From: a bacterium
Lineage (GTDB): Bacteria; Bacillota; Clostridia; Oscillospirales; Acutalibacteraceae
Assembly (NCBI GenBank): GCA_963654285.1
Contig: CAVJZG010000003.1
Span: forward strand, 21,197 to 85,196
DNA: 64,000 bases
Direction: 5' to 3'
Shown here: positions 40,943 through 50,016 of the stretch, piece by piece
How positions within the stretch are numbered: the first letter of the stretch is position 1
Layout of the letters: each line of letters opens with the position of its first letter
Made by a program: the position numbers and the translations under genes
The notes under the pieces: generated by a model
Seen by the model: the letters and a program-made list of their open reading frames with translations, nothing else
Database searches by the model: none
What the model was told of the DNA's origin: nothing

Positions 40943-42061
40943 ATGAAAATATTATTTGCAGCCGGCGGCACGGCGGGTCACATAAACCCGGCACTTGCCG
41001 TTGCGTCATATATCAGGGAAAATTATCCCAAAACCCAAATTCTTTTTGTGGGCACGGCAGATCATATGGAGGCACGCCTTGTTCCGAATGCGGGCTTTGA
41101 TTTTAAAACAATCGAAATCAGCGGTTTTCGCCGTTCTCTTTCGCCGTCTGCAATATCGCATAATATAAAAACCGTTTCTCAGCTTGTTAAATCCGAAAGC
41201 AAATGCAAAAAAATCATCCGGGAATTTGAGCCTGATGTTTGCGTGGGCTTCGGCGGCTATGTTTCCGGTCCTGTGCTTGAAAAAGCCGCCGCGCTCGGTA
41301 TTCCTACCTGTATTCACGAGCAAAATGCATTCCCGGGCATTACGAATAAGGCACTTGCAAAAAAAGCCGATAAGGTTATGATAACCGTTTCGGATGCTGC
41401 CGGCAGGCTTGAATCAAAAAATGAGCCTATTTTAACAGGTTTACCCGTTCGCGGCGAAATATTGCGTGCAAACCGTGATTTTTCGCGCGCAGAGCTCGGT
41501 GTTGGCGATAAGCCGCTTGTGCTTTCGTTCGGGGGTTCGCTCGGCGCAGCTCCGATAAACGAGGCAATGTTTGATATTCTTTTAAACAGTGCCGAAAGCG
41601 GAAATTATTATCACATTCATTCCGTGGGCACAAACGGCGGAGAATATCTTGAAAAGTTTGAAAAAGCCGGCTTTGTAAACGGCAAAAAGGGCACGGTTGA
41701 GGTTAGGCAGTATATAGATAATATGGATATTTGCATGGCTGCCGCCGATCTTGTTATAGGCAGGGCAGGGGCGTCATCTCTTTCGGAAATAGAGGCACTT
41801 GGCAAGGCTTCGATTCTTATCCCAAGTCCGTATGTTGCCGAAAATCACCAATATCACAATGCAATGGCTCTTGTGCGCAGAAACGCCGCGAGAATTATAG
41901 AAGAAAAAGAACTCACTTCGGAAAGGCTGCAAACCGTTATTGACGAGGTGCTTGGAAATCCGCAGGAACTTGCGGAAATAGAAAAAAACGCAAAAAATAT
42001 GGCAGTCAGAGATTCCGCCAAAATAATTGCCGATATTATTATGAAAGCGGCAAAAAAATAA
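40943..42061 (+). CDS. murG: lipid I GlcNAc transferase
   Basis: GGTAGHINPA, HEQN, GGSLGA, GRAGASS. Confidence 0.96.
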   Translation: MKILFAAGGTAGHINPALAVASYIRENYPKTQILFVGTADHMEARLVPNAGFDFKTIEISGFRRSLSPSAISHNIKTVSQLVKSESKCKKIIREFEPDVCVGFGGYVSGPVLEKAAALGIPTCIHEQNAFPGITNKALAKKADKVMITVSDAAGRLESKNEPILTGLPVRGEILRANRDFSRAELGVGDKPLVLSFGGSLGAAPINEAMFDILLNSAESGNYYHIHSVGTNGGEYLEKFEKAGFVNGKKGTVEVRQYIDNMDICMAAADLVIGRAGASSLSEIEALGKASILIPSPYVAENHQYHNAMALVRRNAARIIEEKELTSERLQTVIDEVLGNPQELAEIEKNAKNMAVRDSAKIIADIIMKAAKK

Positions 42062-42121
42062 TTTAGCAAAGCCGACCGCGCAGGCATAGTATGTAAAAGA
42101 ATATGCTGGCAGGTGGCTTAA

Positions 42122-43384
42122 ATGGAAAAATTGATAATAACGGGCGGAAAAAAGCTTGGCGGCGAAATATCCGTGCACGGCTCAAAAAATGCCGTGCTGC
42201 CGATTATGGCGTCTGCTTTGCTGATAAATGGCGAAACGGTGCTACATAATGTTCCGAATTTATCGGATGTTGATGCCTCTGCGAATATATTGCGCAGACT
42301 CGGCGCATCCGTTGAGCAAAGCGGCGGCACTTTGGTTGTAAACGCTTCCGCTGTTAATAATAATGCAATACCCGAGGAAATGATGCGCGAAATGCGTTCC
42401 TCGATAATTTTTCTCGGCGCGCTTCTTTCGCGTTGCGGCGAGGCAAAACTTTGCCCTCCGGGTGGCTGCGATATAGGCGACAGACCGATTGATTTGCATA
42501 TTTCCGCGCTGAAAAAGCTTGGTGCTCAAATCACGCAAAGCGGAAATTGCATATGTTGCAAGTCTGCAAGGCTTCGCGGTGCGAAAATATTTTTATCTTT
42601 TCCGAGTGTGGGCGCAACCGAAAATATAATTCTGGCTGCCGTTTGCGCAAGCGGAAAAACCACTATTATAAACGCTGCACGCGAGCCGGAAATATGCGAT
42701 TTGGCAGTTTTCTTAAACTCCTGCGGCGCAAAGATTTACGGTGCCGGCGAAACCACAATTGAAATTGACGGTGTTGAAAAACTTTATCCGTGCACTCATC
42801 GTGTTATTCCGGACAGAATCGTTGCAGCCACATACATGTGCGCAGGCGCAATGCAGGCGGATGAACTTCTTATAAAAAATATTCGCGCTTCGCATTTAAC
42901 ACCGATAATTCCCGTGTTCTGCGAAGCAGGGTGCAAAATATATCTTTCGGGCGGCAATTTAAAGCTTGTTTCGCCCAAAAGGCTTAAAGCGGTTAAAAAA
43001 ATCAAAACAATGCCTTATCCCGGTTTCCCCACAGATTGTCAATCCGTTGTTATGGCAGCAATGTCGGTCGCACGCGGCACTTCTGTTTTTAACGAAAGTG
43101 TGTTTGACGGCAGATATAAGCATATAAGCGAATTTAAAAGATTCGGCGCTGATATAACCGCAGACGGAAGAATTGCCGTTGTGAACGGTGTTAAGGAATT
43201 GTACGGCGCAAATGTGTATTCCACTGATTTGCGCGGCGGTGCGGCTCTTGTGCTTGCGGCACTTTGTGCAGGCGGCACATCCTGCATAGGCAATGTTTAT
43301 CATATAGACCGCGGCTATCAATGCATAGAAAAAGATTTAAGCAAAATAGGCGCAACAATTAAGAGGATAAGCGATGAAGGATAA
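42122..43384 (+). CDS. murA: UDP-GlcNAc 1-carboxyvinyltransferase
   Basis: GSKNA, PGGCDIGDRPID (catalytic Cys), PGFPTD, DLRGGA, HIDRGY. Confidence 0.95.
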   Translation: MEKLIITGGKKLGGEISVHGSKNAVLPIMASALLINGETVLHNVPNLSDVDASANILRRLGASVEQSGGTLVVNASAVNNNAIPEEMMREMRSSIIFLGALLSRCGEAKLCPPGGCDIGDRPIDLHISALKKLGAQITQSGNCICCKSARLRGAKIFLSFPSVGATENIILAAVCASGKTTIINAAREPEICDLAVFLNSCGAKIYGAGETTIEIDGVEKLYPCTHRVIPDRIVAATYMCAGAMQADELLIKNIRASHLTPIIPVFCEAGCKIYLSGGNLKLVSPKRLKAVKKIKTMPYPGFPTDCQSVVMAAMSVARGTSVFNESVFDGRYKHISEFKRFGADITADGRIAVVNGVKELYGANVYSTDLRGGAALVLAALCAGGTSCIGNVYHIDRGYQCIEKDLSKIGATIKRISDEG

Positions 43385-44273
43385 AAGAAATGTCAAAAGG
43401 CAACAGCCGGGGCAATACAATGTGCCGCGCGAGCTTATGCCGGGCGAGATAGAACCGCCGAAGATTTATAATAATCACGGTGAAAACAAAAAGCCGAACC
43501 GCACCCAAACAAGGCACAGGCAAAACAAAAAACGCCGTCTTAAAAACAAGGTTCGCAAGGCGTTGCTTGCCGTAATATTGTTTATAGTGCTTATAGCGGT
43601 CGGCGCGGTACTGTCGCTCACGGTGTTTTTCAAGGCACAGACGGTAAACGTTTCGGGCAGCGGCATATATTCGCAGGAACAGATTGTGAACGCGTCTGCA
43701 ATAGACATAGGCGACAATCTGTTTTTGATAAATTCGAATAGAGCTGCACAAAAAATCACAACTCAGCTGCCATATATATATAATGTTAAAATAAAAAAGC
43801 AGCTTCCGGCAACAGTTAAAATCACGGTTACGGACGCAACTGTCGCATATGCAATCGAAAACGGCGATGAAACATTTATTTTGGCAGATGGTAATTATAA
43901 GGTGCTTGAAGTTTCGGCTGCCGAGCAGCCGGCGGGGAGTGTGCTGATTACCGATGCGGCGATTAAAAGCGCAGAACCCGGAAGCCGGCTTGAATTTGAT
44001 GACGACACAATATCGGATTGTTTAATTAAAATTACCGATGCAATCAAAGCAACGGAGATGAAAAGCGCAACGGCGATAAGTTGCAAGGACATAAATAATA
44101 ATTATATTATTTATGACGGGCGCATAACTTTTGAACTCGGTTCTTGCGATGATTTGGAAATCAAAATCAAACGCGGCGTTTTGATTTGCGATGAAATGAA
44201 TGAAACAAACCCAAGTATAAAAGGAAAGATAAACTTAAAATCAGGCAAGCAAAGTTACTTTACACCGGAATAA
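43374..44273 (+). CDS. ftsQ: FtsQ/DivIB cell division protein
   Basis: Basic cytoplasmic N-terminus, one TM, POTRA-like region (VNVSG...GDNLF...LPYI..V.IKKQLP). Confidence 0.8.
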   Translation: MKDKRNVKRQQPGQYNVPRELMPGEIEPPKIYNNHGENKKPNRTQTRHRQNKKRRLKNKVRKALLAVILFIVLIAVGAVLSLTVFFKAQTVNVSGSGIYSQEQIVNASAIDIGDNLFLINSNRAAQKITTQLPYIYNVKIKKQLPATVKITVTDATVAYAIENGDETFILADGNYKVLEVSAAEQPAGSVLITDAAIKSAEPGSRLEFDDDTISDCLIKITDAIKATEMKSATAISCKDINNNYIIYDGRITFELGSCDDLEIKIKRGVLICDEMNETNPSIKGKINLKSGKQSYFTPE

Positions 44274-44427
44274 GTAATTTTAAAAGTTACAATATCGTAA
44301 AGCAAACAGCTTTACAAAATTCGATCAATTTCGGGCGAAATTTGCTGTTTTGTCTATTGTGCACAAACTAATAAAAAATAATTCTATTATTTTTGAAAAA
44401 AATATTCAGCAAAAATCAAAAAATACA

Positions 44428-44456
44428 TTGCAAAATGATTACAATATTGTTACAAT
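44428..44456 (+). promoter_or_regulatory. sigma-A promoter of ftsZ
   Basis: TTGCAA-17-TACAAT with extended -10 TG. Confidence 0.6.
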
Positions 44457-44512
44457 AGGTAAGTGAAGACAACAGTCAGTCTGTCAATAATACATATAAG
44501 GAGAATAAATCT

Positions 44513-45628
44513 ATGGGACGTTATGAAATAGATACCGAGGATACAAAAGTTGTTTCCATTAAAGTAGTAGGCGTAGGCGGCGGCGGCGGAAACGCCGTAA
44601 ACCGCATGGTTCATTGCAATATTCAGGATGTTGAGTTCATCGCAGTAAACAGCGATAAGCCGGCTCTTGCAAAATCACAGGCTTCTCAAAAAATTCTTAT
44701 CGGCGAAAAATCAACAAAGGGTCGCGGCGCAGGCGCAAAGCCCGAGGTTGGCAAAAAGGCCGCTGATGAAAGCAAAGAGGCTATTACAGACGCCATCACA
44801 GGCGCAGAAATGATATTCATAACCGCAGGTATGGGCGGCGGCACGGGCACAGGTGCGGCTCCCGTGGTTGCTCAGGTTGCCAAGGATCTTGGCATACTCA
44901 CCGTCGGCGTTGTTACAACTCCGTTCGCCTTTGAAGGCAAGCATCGTATGGATCAGGCTCAGGCGGGTATCAATGAGCTTGCTCAGTATGTTGATTCAAT
45001 TATGGTTATTCCAAACGAAAACCTTAAGTTCATCACAAATGAAAGAATTACTCTTCTTAATGCGTTTGAAATTGCAAACGATGTTCTTCGCCAGGGTGTT
45101 CAGTCCATTTCCGATCTTGTTAATGCAACGGGTCTTGTAAACTGCGACTTTGCCGATGTTACCGAAATTATGAAGGATTCAGGCTACGCTCATATGGGTG
45201 TTGGTCACGGCAAGGGTAAGGATAAGGCAGAGGTTGCCGCTCAGGCAGCTATCTCCAGCCCGCTCCTTAACACTTCTATCGACGGTGCCCGTGGCGTTCT
45301 TCTTAATATCACGGCTTCTTCCGATATCGGTCTGGAAGAAATCGATATCGCTTCCACAATTGTTAAGAATGCCGTTCATCCCGATTGCGAAATTATTTGG
45401 GGTGCAAATGTTGATGAAAATCTTGAGGATGAAATGGTTATCACCGTTATTGCAACGCGCTTCGGCGAAGAGGGTCCCGGTGCTCCGATTAAGTCCACAA
45501 CTGCTAATATTGAGGTTGCTCCTCCTGTTGCAAACGCTGTTCCCGCTCCAGAGCAGGCAAGTAGTGCTTTTACAACAAAGGATTCCGACACTTTCGACAG
45601 CATCGTTAGCCTTTTCAACAAAAAATAA
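44513..45628 (+). CDS. ftsZ: cell division protein FtsZ
   Basis: VGVGGGGGNAV, AGMGGGTGTG, PFAFEG, NCDFAD. Confidence 0.98.
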   Translation: MGRYEIDTEDTKVVSIKVVGVGGGGGNAVNRMVHCNIQDVEFIAVNSDKPALAKSQASQKILIGEKSTKGRGAGAKPEVGKKAADESKEAITDAITGAEMIFITAGMGGGTGTGAAPVVAQVAKDLGILTVGVVTTPFAFEGKHRMDQAQAGINELAQYVDSIMVIPNENLKFITNERITLLNAFEIANDVLRQGVQSISDLVNATGLVNCDFADVTEIMKDSGYAHMGVGHGKGKDKAEVAAQAAISSPLLNTSIDGARGVLLNITASSDIGLEEIDIASTIVKNAVHPDCEIIWGANVDENLEDEMVITVIATRFGEEGPGAPIKSTTANIEVAPPVANAVPAPEQASSAFTTKDSDTFDSIVSLFNKK

Positions 45629-45641
45629 TTTTGATATGATT

Positions 45642-45670
45642 AAGCCTGCGTCTTATGATGCAGGCTTTTT
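45642..45670 (+). terminator. intrinsic terminator after ftsZ
   Basis: AAGCCTGCGTC / GATGCAGGCTT stem plus T-run. Confidence 0.8.
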
Positions 45671-45948
45671 GTATATAACCATTGTTATATTATTGTCAAA
45701 GTGTATAACAAACGTCAAAATTGTTGAAAACTCTGTTGAAATTATTGATTGTAAAGTATAATGCCTTACAAATTTTGAAAAATTTTAAAACCAAGAGTAT
45801 ACTTCAACATTTTAAACACAGTTTTCAACAAACGGTTCAACAAGAAATCGTGTGTAAAGCTGTTGGTCTTTACGCAAAAATTAAGGCGCTTATGCAATCA
45901 ATGCATAAACGCCTTTTTCATATTTATGAATTTTTCACTGTATATGAA

Positions 45949-48900
45949 TTACCATTCCGCTTTTGTGTAGGAGCGGATAATGTTTGTTATGATATTGTCG
46001 CGCTTAAAACCTTTGCCCTTGCCGCTGTTTTGCTGATCCTTGATTTTTCCGGCACGAATTGTTACAAAATCCGCCTTGTCGATTATTTTGTCTATCGGCG
46101 GAATATCTCCGAACGAATAATCCGCTGTCGGAATTTCATCAATCAGACTTGTGGCTCTTTTGGTGCTGCTGAATTTTTTAACAGCCGTCATTGCCAAAAT
46201 TATTATGCGATTATCCTCCGGCAGGGTAAGCGTTTTTGCGTTCCTGATATCAAGCTCATATAAATAGAAATAAGCTATGCCGTTCGGAATGTCTCCCTCG
46301 GGGTGATGCGTGTGGGTAAATTCAAAGGCTATCGGCGCATTTTTGTGCGCGGCTTTTATGTCTAGCCCTGCCATATCCCAATTGCCGTAATGCTCTGTCA
46401 TGGCGGCAATTTGAATTTGCTTTTCTCTGCCGTCAAGGTAAAACGTTGTGTCTCTGTCGCCGAGGGTGGAGGCTGCAACTATGTAAAGCTTTGTCATGCT
46501 CTTCGGCAATTCGACTGTTTGCCCTCTTGCCACCGTAACATCGCTTGTTGCTTGCGTGTCGGGCATTTTAAAGCTTATGCCGCCTGCGGTGAAGCTCTGC
46601 GGGCAAAGCTCGTCAGGAAGCGAACATCCGCTGCCCTGAAGAATCACATTGCGCATGTTTTCGTTTTTGGTGAAGCCCTTTGAATTGTATTCAAGATCAA
46701 GCTTTTTAAAGTTTTCGCGTCCCTTTTTATCGGGTGCGTCAAGCTTTATGCGAAATGTTTTAATCCCGTAGGGCTCAAGGTTAAATCTGAGCTTTTTGCT
46801 CTTAATGTCTGCCTTTTTGATTTCTTGCTCGTTTGCAAGGCATTCGCTCGCTTCAAGTATTCTTTCGGCAAAGGTAAGCTCAACATTTTTTATTGCTTCG
46901 CCGCTGCCTTCGTTTATGCGCACGATAATTCCGTTGCCGTTCTGAGCAAGCTTGCAGCAGCGAAGAATTGCGTTTTCGTTGTTGATTTTAAGAAACGAAT
47001 ATCCGCTTTCGAGGCTGCCCTCACGGCGTGAGGAGGTTTGGTATGCAATCATCGGCTTTTGGAAAATTTCGCTTTGGCGTTGTGTTCCGTTTGCAAATCC
47101 GCCCTCGTGGCTGAAAATACCGAATGCAAAATTATTTCTGCCAAGGTCAAGCAAATCCTGCCTTGCAAACTTTGTGAATGCGCCTGCCGGTGTGTGCAGG
47201 CACGTGAGCCTCAATGTGTTTGAAGCCGGCTTATCCCAGCCGTATTTGCAGTCGCTGAAAACGGAAACGCCGTACTTACCGCTGCCTGCGGTGATGTCTG
47301 CCCATTTTTGAGCCGGCACTTCGTAAAGCTTTTCGGAATTGTTTTCTCTTTTTATAACGCCGAGCCCCAAATCATAGCTTGCCGTTTTGTTGTAGCAGGA
47401 GAAGGGGAAAACGGCTTTTAGCATTGTGCGCCTGTTGCGCCAATCAACCGTGTTTTCAACCCTGATAAATTCTCCGCCGCTTTCAAGCGAAACGGTTTGC
47501 TCAATAAACGAATGGTCTAACTCGCGAGAAACCCTGATTGCGATTCGCGCAGGTCCGGCTTCAACAATTTCAAATTCGGGTGAGTTTGCAAAAAATTCGG
47601 GCTCTTTGTCAATATCCTTTTTGCGCATTTCCCAAGCGGGGTAAGGCAAATCGCCGATGTCGGCAAGACCTGCCATTTTAATCGGCGCGTCAAGCACATT
47701 GATGTTGTTTTTCTTGTCTATCACCGTGGCAATGTCGCCGTTTTTATTGAAAATAACTCTGTATTTTTCGTTTTCAAGCGTATGAAGCGAAACGGTAAGC
47801 TCCGTTTTGATTTCACAAGCCTTGTTTGCCGGCACAATATCATAAACGGCATAGCCCATGGCGTTTACCTCGGCAATAAAAATAATGTCAAATTCCTTGC
47901 CGGATTTTTTCATGATTTGGCTCGGCACTTCGTTGCCGGTTGAATCCAAAACCTTAATAAATGTGGAATTGTGCACAACCTTTATGTGCGCCGAAACCGC
48001 ATTTTTGCGTCTGAACGGTGAGGGGTTGTAAACCATAACGCCGCATTCGGTTACAAAGCTTGTGTTAAGCTCGTTCGCCATTGCGCCTGCCGCGCCGTCA
48101 AGCTCCGTTTCAAATTCGCTGAGCGAGGCGTAATAATCGCTTTGCCCGTCAATATAAATATCCATATTGCCCGTGCCGGTAATGTCGTCGTGGAATTGGT
48201 GCCTGATAACACGCTTCCAGGCGCGGTCGAGATTTTCTTTGGGATATTTATAAACGCCGTTTGCCTCTGCGGCGGTGCACATTTTTTCGGCAATGTCGGC
48301 AATGTTTTCGTTTTGCGCGTTTAGCCTTTTGTTCATTCCTCTCGAAGTGTATGCGCCTGCACCGTGCGAGGTCATAAGCAATTCGTTGTTCCAAATTTTA
48401 AGGCGTGCTGTTTCGGATTTGGGCATTTTGTCCAAATCGCGGAATATTTCATCGCTTGTTGCGGAAACAACCTCAAAATCGCCTGCGGAGTTTTTTTCAA
48501 CACTTTCTTCGATTGCCTGTACGCTTTCCTCAGTGGGTGCGCCGCCCCAATCGCCTGTGCCGTAAAGGTGCAGCGTTTGCGGAATGCCGCTTTCAAAAGC
48601 ATTTTGCGTTATTTTGTTTATAACCGAAACATCGCCTCTGATGTCGCCGCTGAATTTATAGCGATATGATTGCGCGTTAAGGCAGGCATAAACCTTTGAG
48701 CCGTCAACACCCTGCCAAAGTCCCAAATCAAACGGCACACCGTATGCAGAGCCCCAACTCAACTTTTGCGTGGTGAAGCCTTTAAGACCGGCGTGCTTCA
48801 TAATGCTTGGTAATGCGTAGCCGAAGCCGAAACAATCGGGCAGAAAAATATCGCAGCTTTCTTTACCGAATTTTTCCTTAAAATAGCCGTTACCGTATAT

Positions 48901-49212
48901 AATGTTTCTGAAAAGTGCTTCGGGCGAGGGAATGTTTACATCGCCGTTTTCATAGCTTGAACCTGCCACATTCCAGCTTCCTTTTTCAACAAGCCCTTTA
49001 AGATATTCAAAATGCTTGGGATAATATTCCTCGGCAAGCTCGTATCTGAACGCACCCTCGAAATTAAATTTGTAGTGTGGATATTTATCCGCCAATACAA
49101 AGTTTTTTTCAAGCGTGTCGGGCAGGTATTCTTTAATGGTGGTTGCCAAATTCCAACGCCAAACCGTGTCTAAATGCGATGTGGCAACTGCATAAACCTT
49201 TTTCTTTTCCAT
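45949..49212 (-). CDS. alpha-mannosidase (GH38)
   Basis: SHLDTVWRW (Zn ligands), LPDCFG (nucleophile), GDWGG, HQFHDDITG, YEVPAQKWAD, DCKYG. Confidence 0.93.
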   Translation of the reverse strand: MEKKKVYAVATSHLDTVWRWNLATTIKEYLPDTLEKNFVLADKYPHYKFNFEGAFRYELAEEYYPKHFEYLKGLVEKGSWNVAGSSYENGDVNIPSPEALFRNIIYGNGYFKEKFGKESCDIFLPDCFGFGYALPSIMKHAGLKGFTTQKLSWGSAYGVPFDLGLWQGVDGSKVYACLNAQSYRYKFSGDIRGDVSVINKITQNAFESGIPQTLHLYGTGDWGGAPTEESVQAIEESVEKNSAGDFEVVSATSDEIFRDLDKMPKSETARLKIWNNELLMTSHGAGAYTSRGMNKRLNAQNENIADIAEKMCTAAEANGVYKYPKENLDRAWKRVIRHQFHDDITGTGNMDIYIDGQSDYYASLSEFETELDGAAGAMANELNTSFVTECGVMVYNPSPFRRKNAVSAHIKVVHNSTFIKVLDSTGNEVPSQIMKKSGKEFDIIFIAEVNAMGYAVYDIVPANKACEIKTELTVSLHTLENEKYRVIFNKNGDIATVIDKKNNINVLDAPIKMAGLADIGDLPYPAWEMRKKDIDKEPEFFANSPEFEIVEAGPARIAIRVSRELDHSFIEQTVSLESGGEFIRVENTVDWRNRRTMLKAVFPFSCYNKTASYDLGLGVIKRENNSEKLYEVPAQKWADITAGSGKYGVSVFSDCKYGWDKPASNTLRLTCLHTPAGAFTKFARQDLLDLGRNNFAFGIFSHEGGFANGTQRQSEIFQKPMIAYQTSSRREGSLESGYSFLKINNENAILRCCKLAQNGNGIIVRINEGSGEAIKNVELTFAERILEASECLANEQEIKKADIKSKKLRFNLEPYGIKTFRIKLDAPDKKGRENFKKLDLEYNSKGFTKNENMRNVILQGSGCSLPDELCPQSFTAGGISFKMPDTQATSDVTVARGQTVELPKSMTKLYIVAASTLGDRDTTFYLDGREKQIQIAAMTEHYGNWDMAGLDIKAAHKNAPIAFEFTHTHHPEGDIPNGIAYFYLYELDIRNAKTLTLPEDNRIIILAMTAVKKFSSTKRATSLIDEIPTADYSFGDIPPIDKIIDKADFVTIRAGKIKDQQNSGKGKGFKRDNIITNIIRSYTKAEW

Positions 49213-49220
49213 GGTGTTCC

Positions 49221-49439
49221 TTATTTCTCTATGATTTCATATGTAAATTCGTATTTTTCCTGAAGTGCTTTAACTTTTGCTTCGTTATCCTCAATAAAGC
49301 TTTCGGAATAAATCGATTTGCCGTCCACGGAATAATCCTTAACTATTTTGTTAAGCTCGTCCCATGCTTCGTCGGCTTTGTCGTATCCGTCCTCAAACTT
49401 AATTAAAAACTCTCTGTGCTTCGGTAATCTTACTTTCAT
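49221..49439 (-). CDS. hypothetical protein
   Basis: 72-aa acidic ORF with AGGAG RBS, immediately upstream of the GH38 gene. Confidence 0.65.
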   Translation of the reverse strand: MKVRLPKHREFLIKFEDGYDKADEAWDELNKIVKDYSVDGKSIYSESFIEDNEAKVKALQEKYEFTYEIIEK

Positions 49440-49492
49440 TGTATTTGCTCCTAAATCTTTTTTTATAATTATATATTTTTATGCCCAATATA

Positions 49493-49933
49493 TCAAGTGT
49501 TGTTTTTATTTATAAGCTGCGTCAACGCGCGCTCAAAAGCTGTGTCCTGCTCTTTTGTCCGTTTTGACGGTCCTTTGAGATGCATTCCGCTTCTGCGCGC
49601 CTTTTTTGCCATGTGGCGTGAATAAAGTATACCGTCTATGTTGAAATCGTTTATTATTAGCCCGTTTTGCGTTATAACACACGCTTTTTTTGCAAGTGCC
49701 ATTGCAGCAAGACCGTAATCTTGGGTAATAACAATGTCGCCCCTTTCGGCTTTGTTCACAAGTGCGAAATCGGCACTGTCCGCACCCTTGGAAACGGTTG
49801 TGACTTCTGCGCCGTCAAGCGCAAATTCGTGGCTTGTGTCACAAAATATAAGGGCTTTTATTTTGTGCGTGTTTGCAATTTTAACGGCAAGCGTCGTAAC
49901 GGGGCAGCCGTCTGCGTCGATAAGTATTTTCAT
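49493..49933 (-). CDS. YaiI/YqxD family protein (DUF188)
   Basis: ILIDADGCPV, DSADF, DIVITQDYGLA. Confidence 0.92.
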   Translation of the reverse strand: MKILIDADGCPVTTLAVKIANTHKIKALIFCDTSHEFALDGAEVTTVSKGADSADFALVNKAERGDIVITQDYGLAAMALAKKACVITQNGLIINDFNIDGILYSRHMAKKARRSGMHLKGPSKRTKEQDTAFERALTQLINKNNT

Positions 49934-50016
49934 ATGTATGTCTTTAAATTAAGACGGCGCGCCCCGCTTTCGGAGTGCGCCGCCTGTTTTGTTTTCCGAT
50001 TGCTTGGTTAAACGGT

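Noticed and set aside
42061..42095. CATAGTAT sporulation-sigma-like -10 before murA
   Set aside because: No convincing -35 element; too weak to call.
45721..46263. 180-aa plus-strand ORF after ftsZ
   Set aside because: Lies downstream of the ftsZ terminator, has no RBS, and overlaps the GH38 gene antisense.
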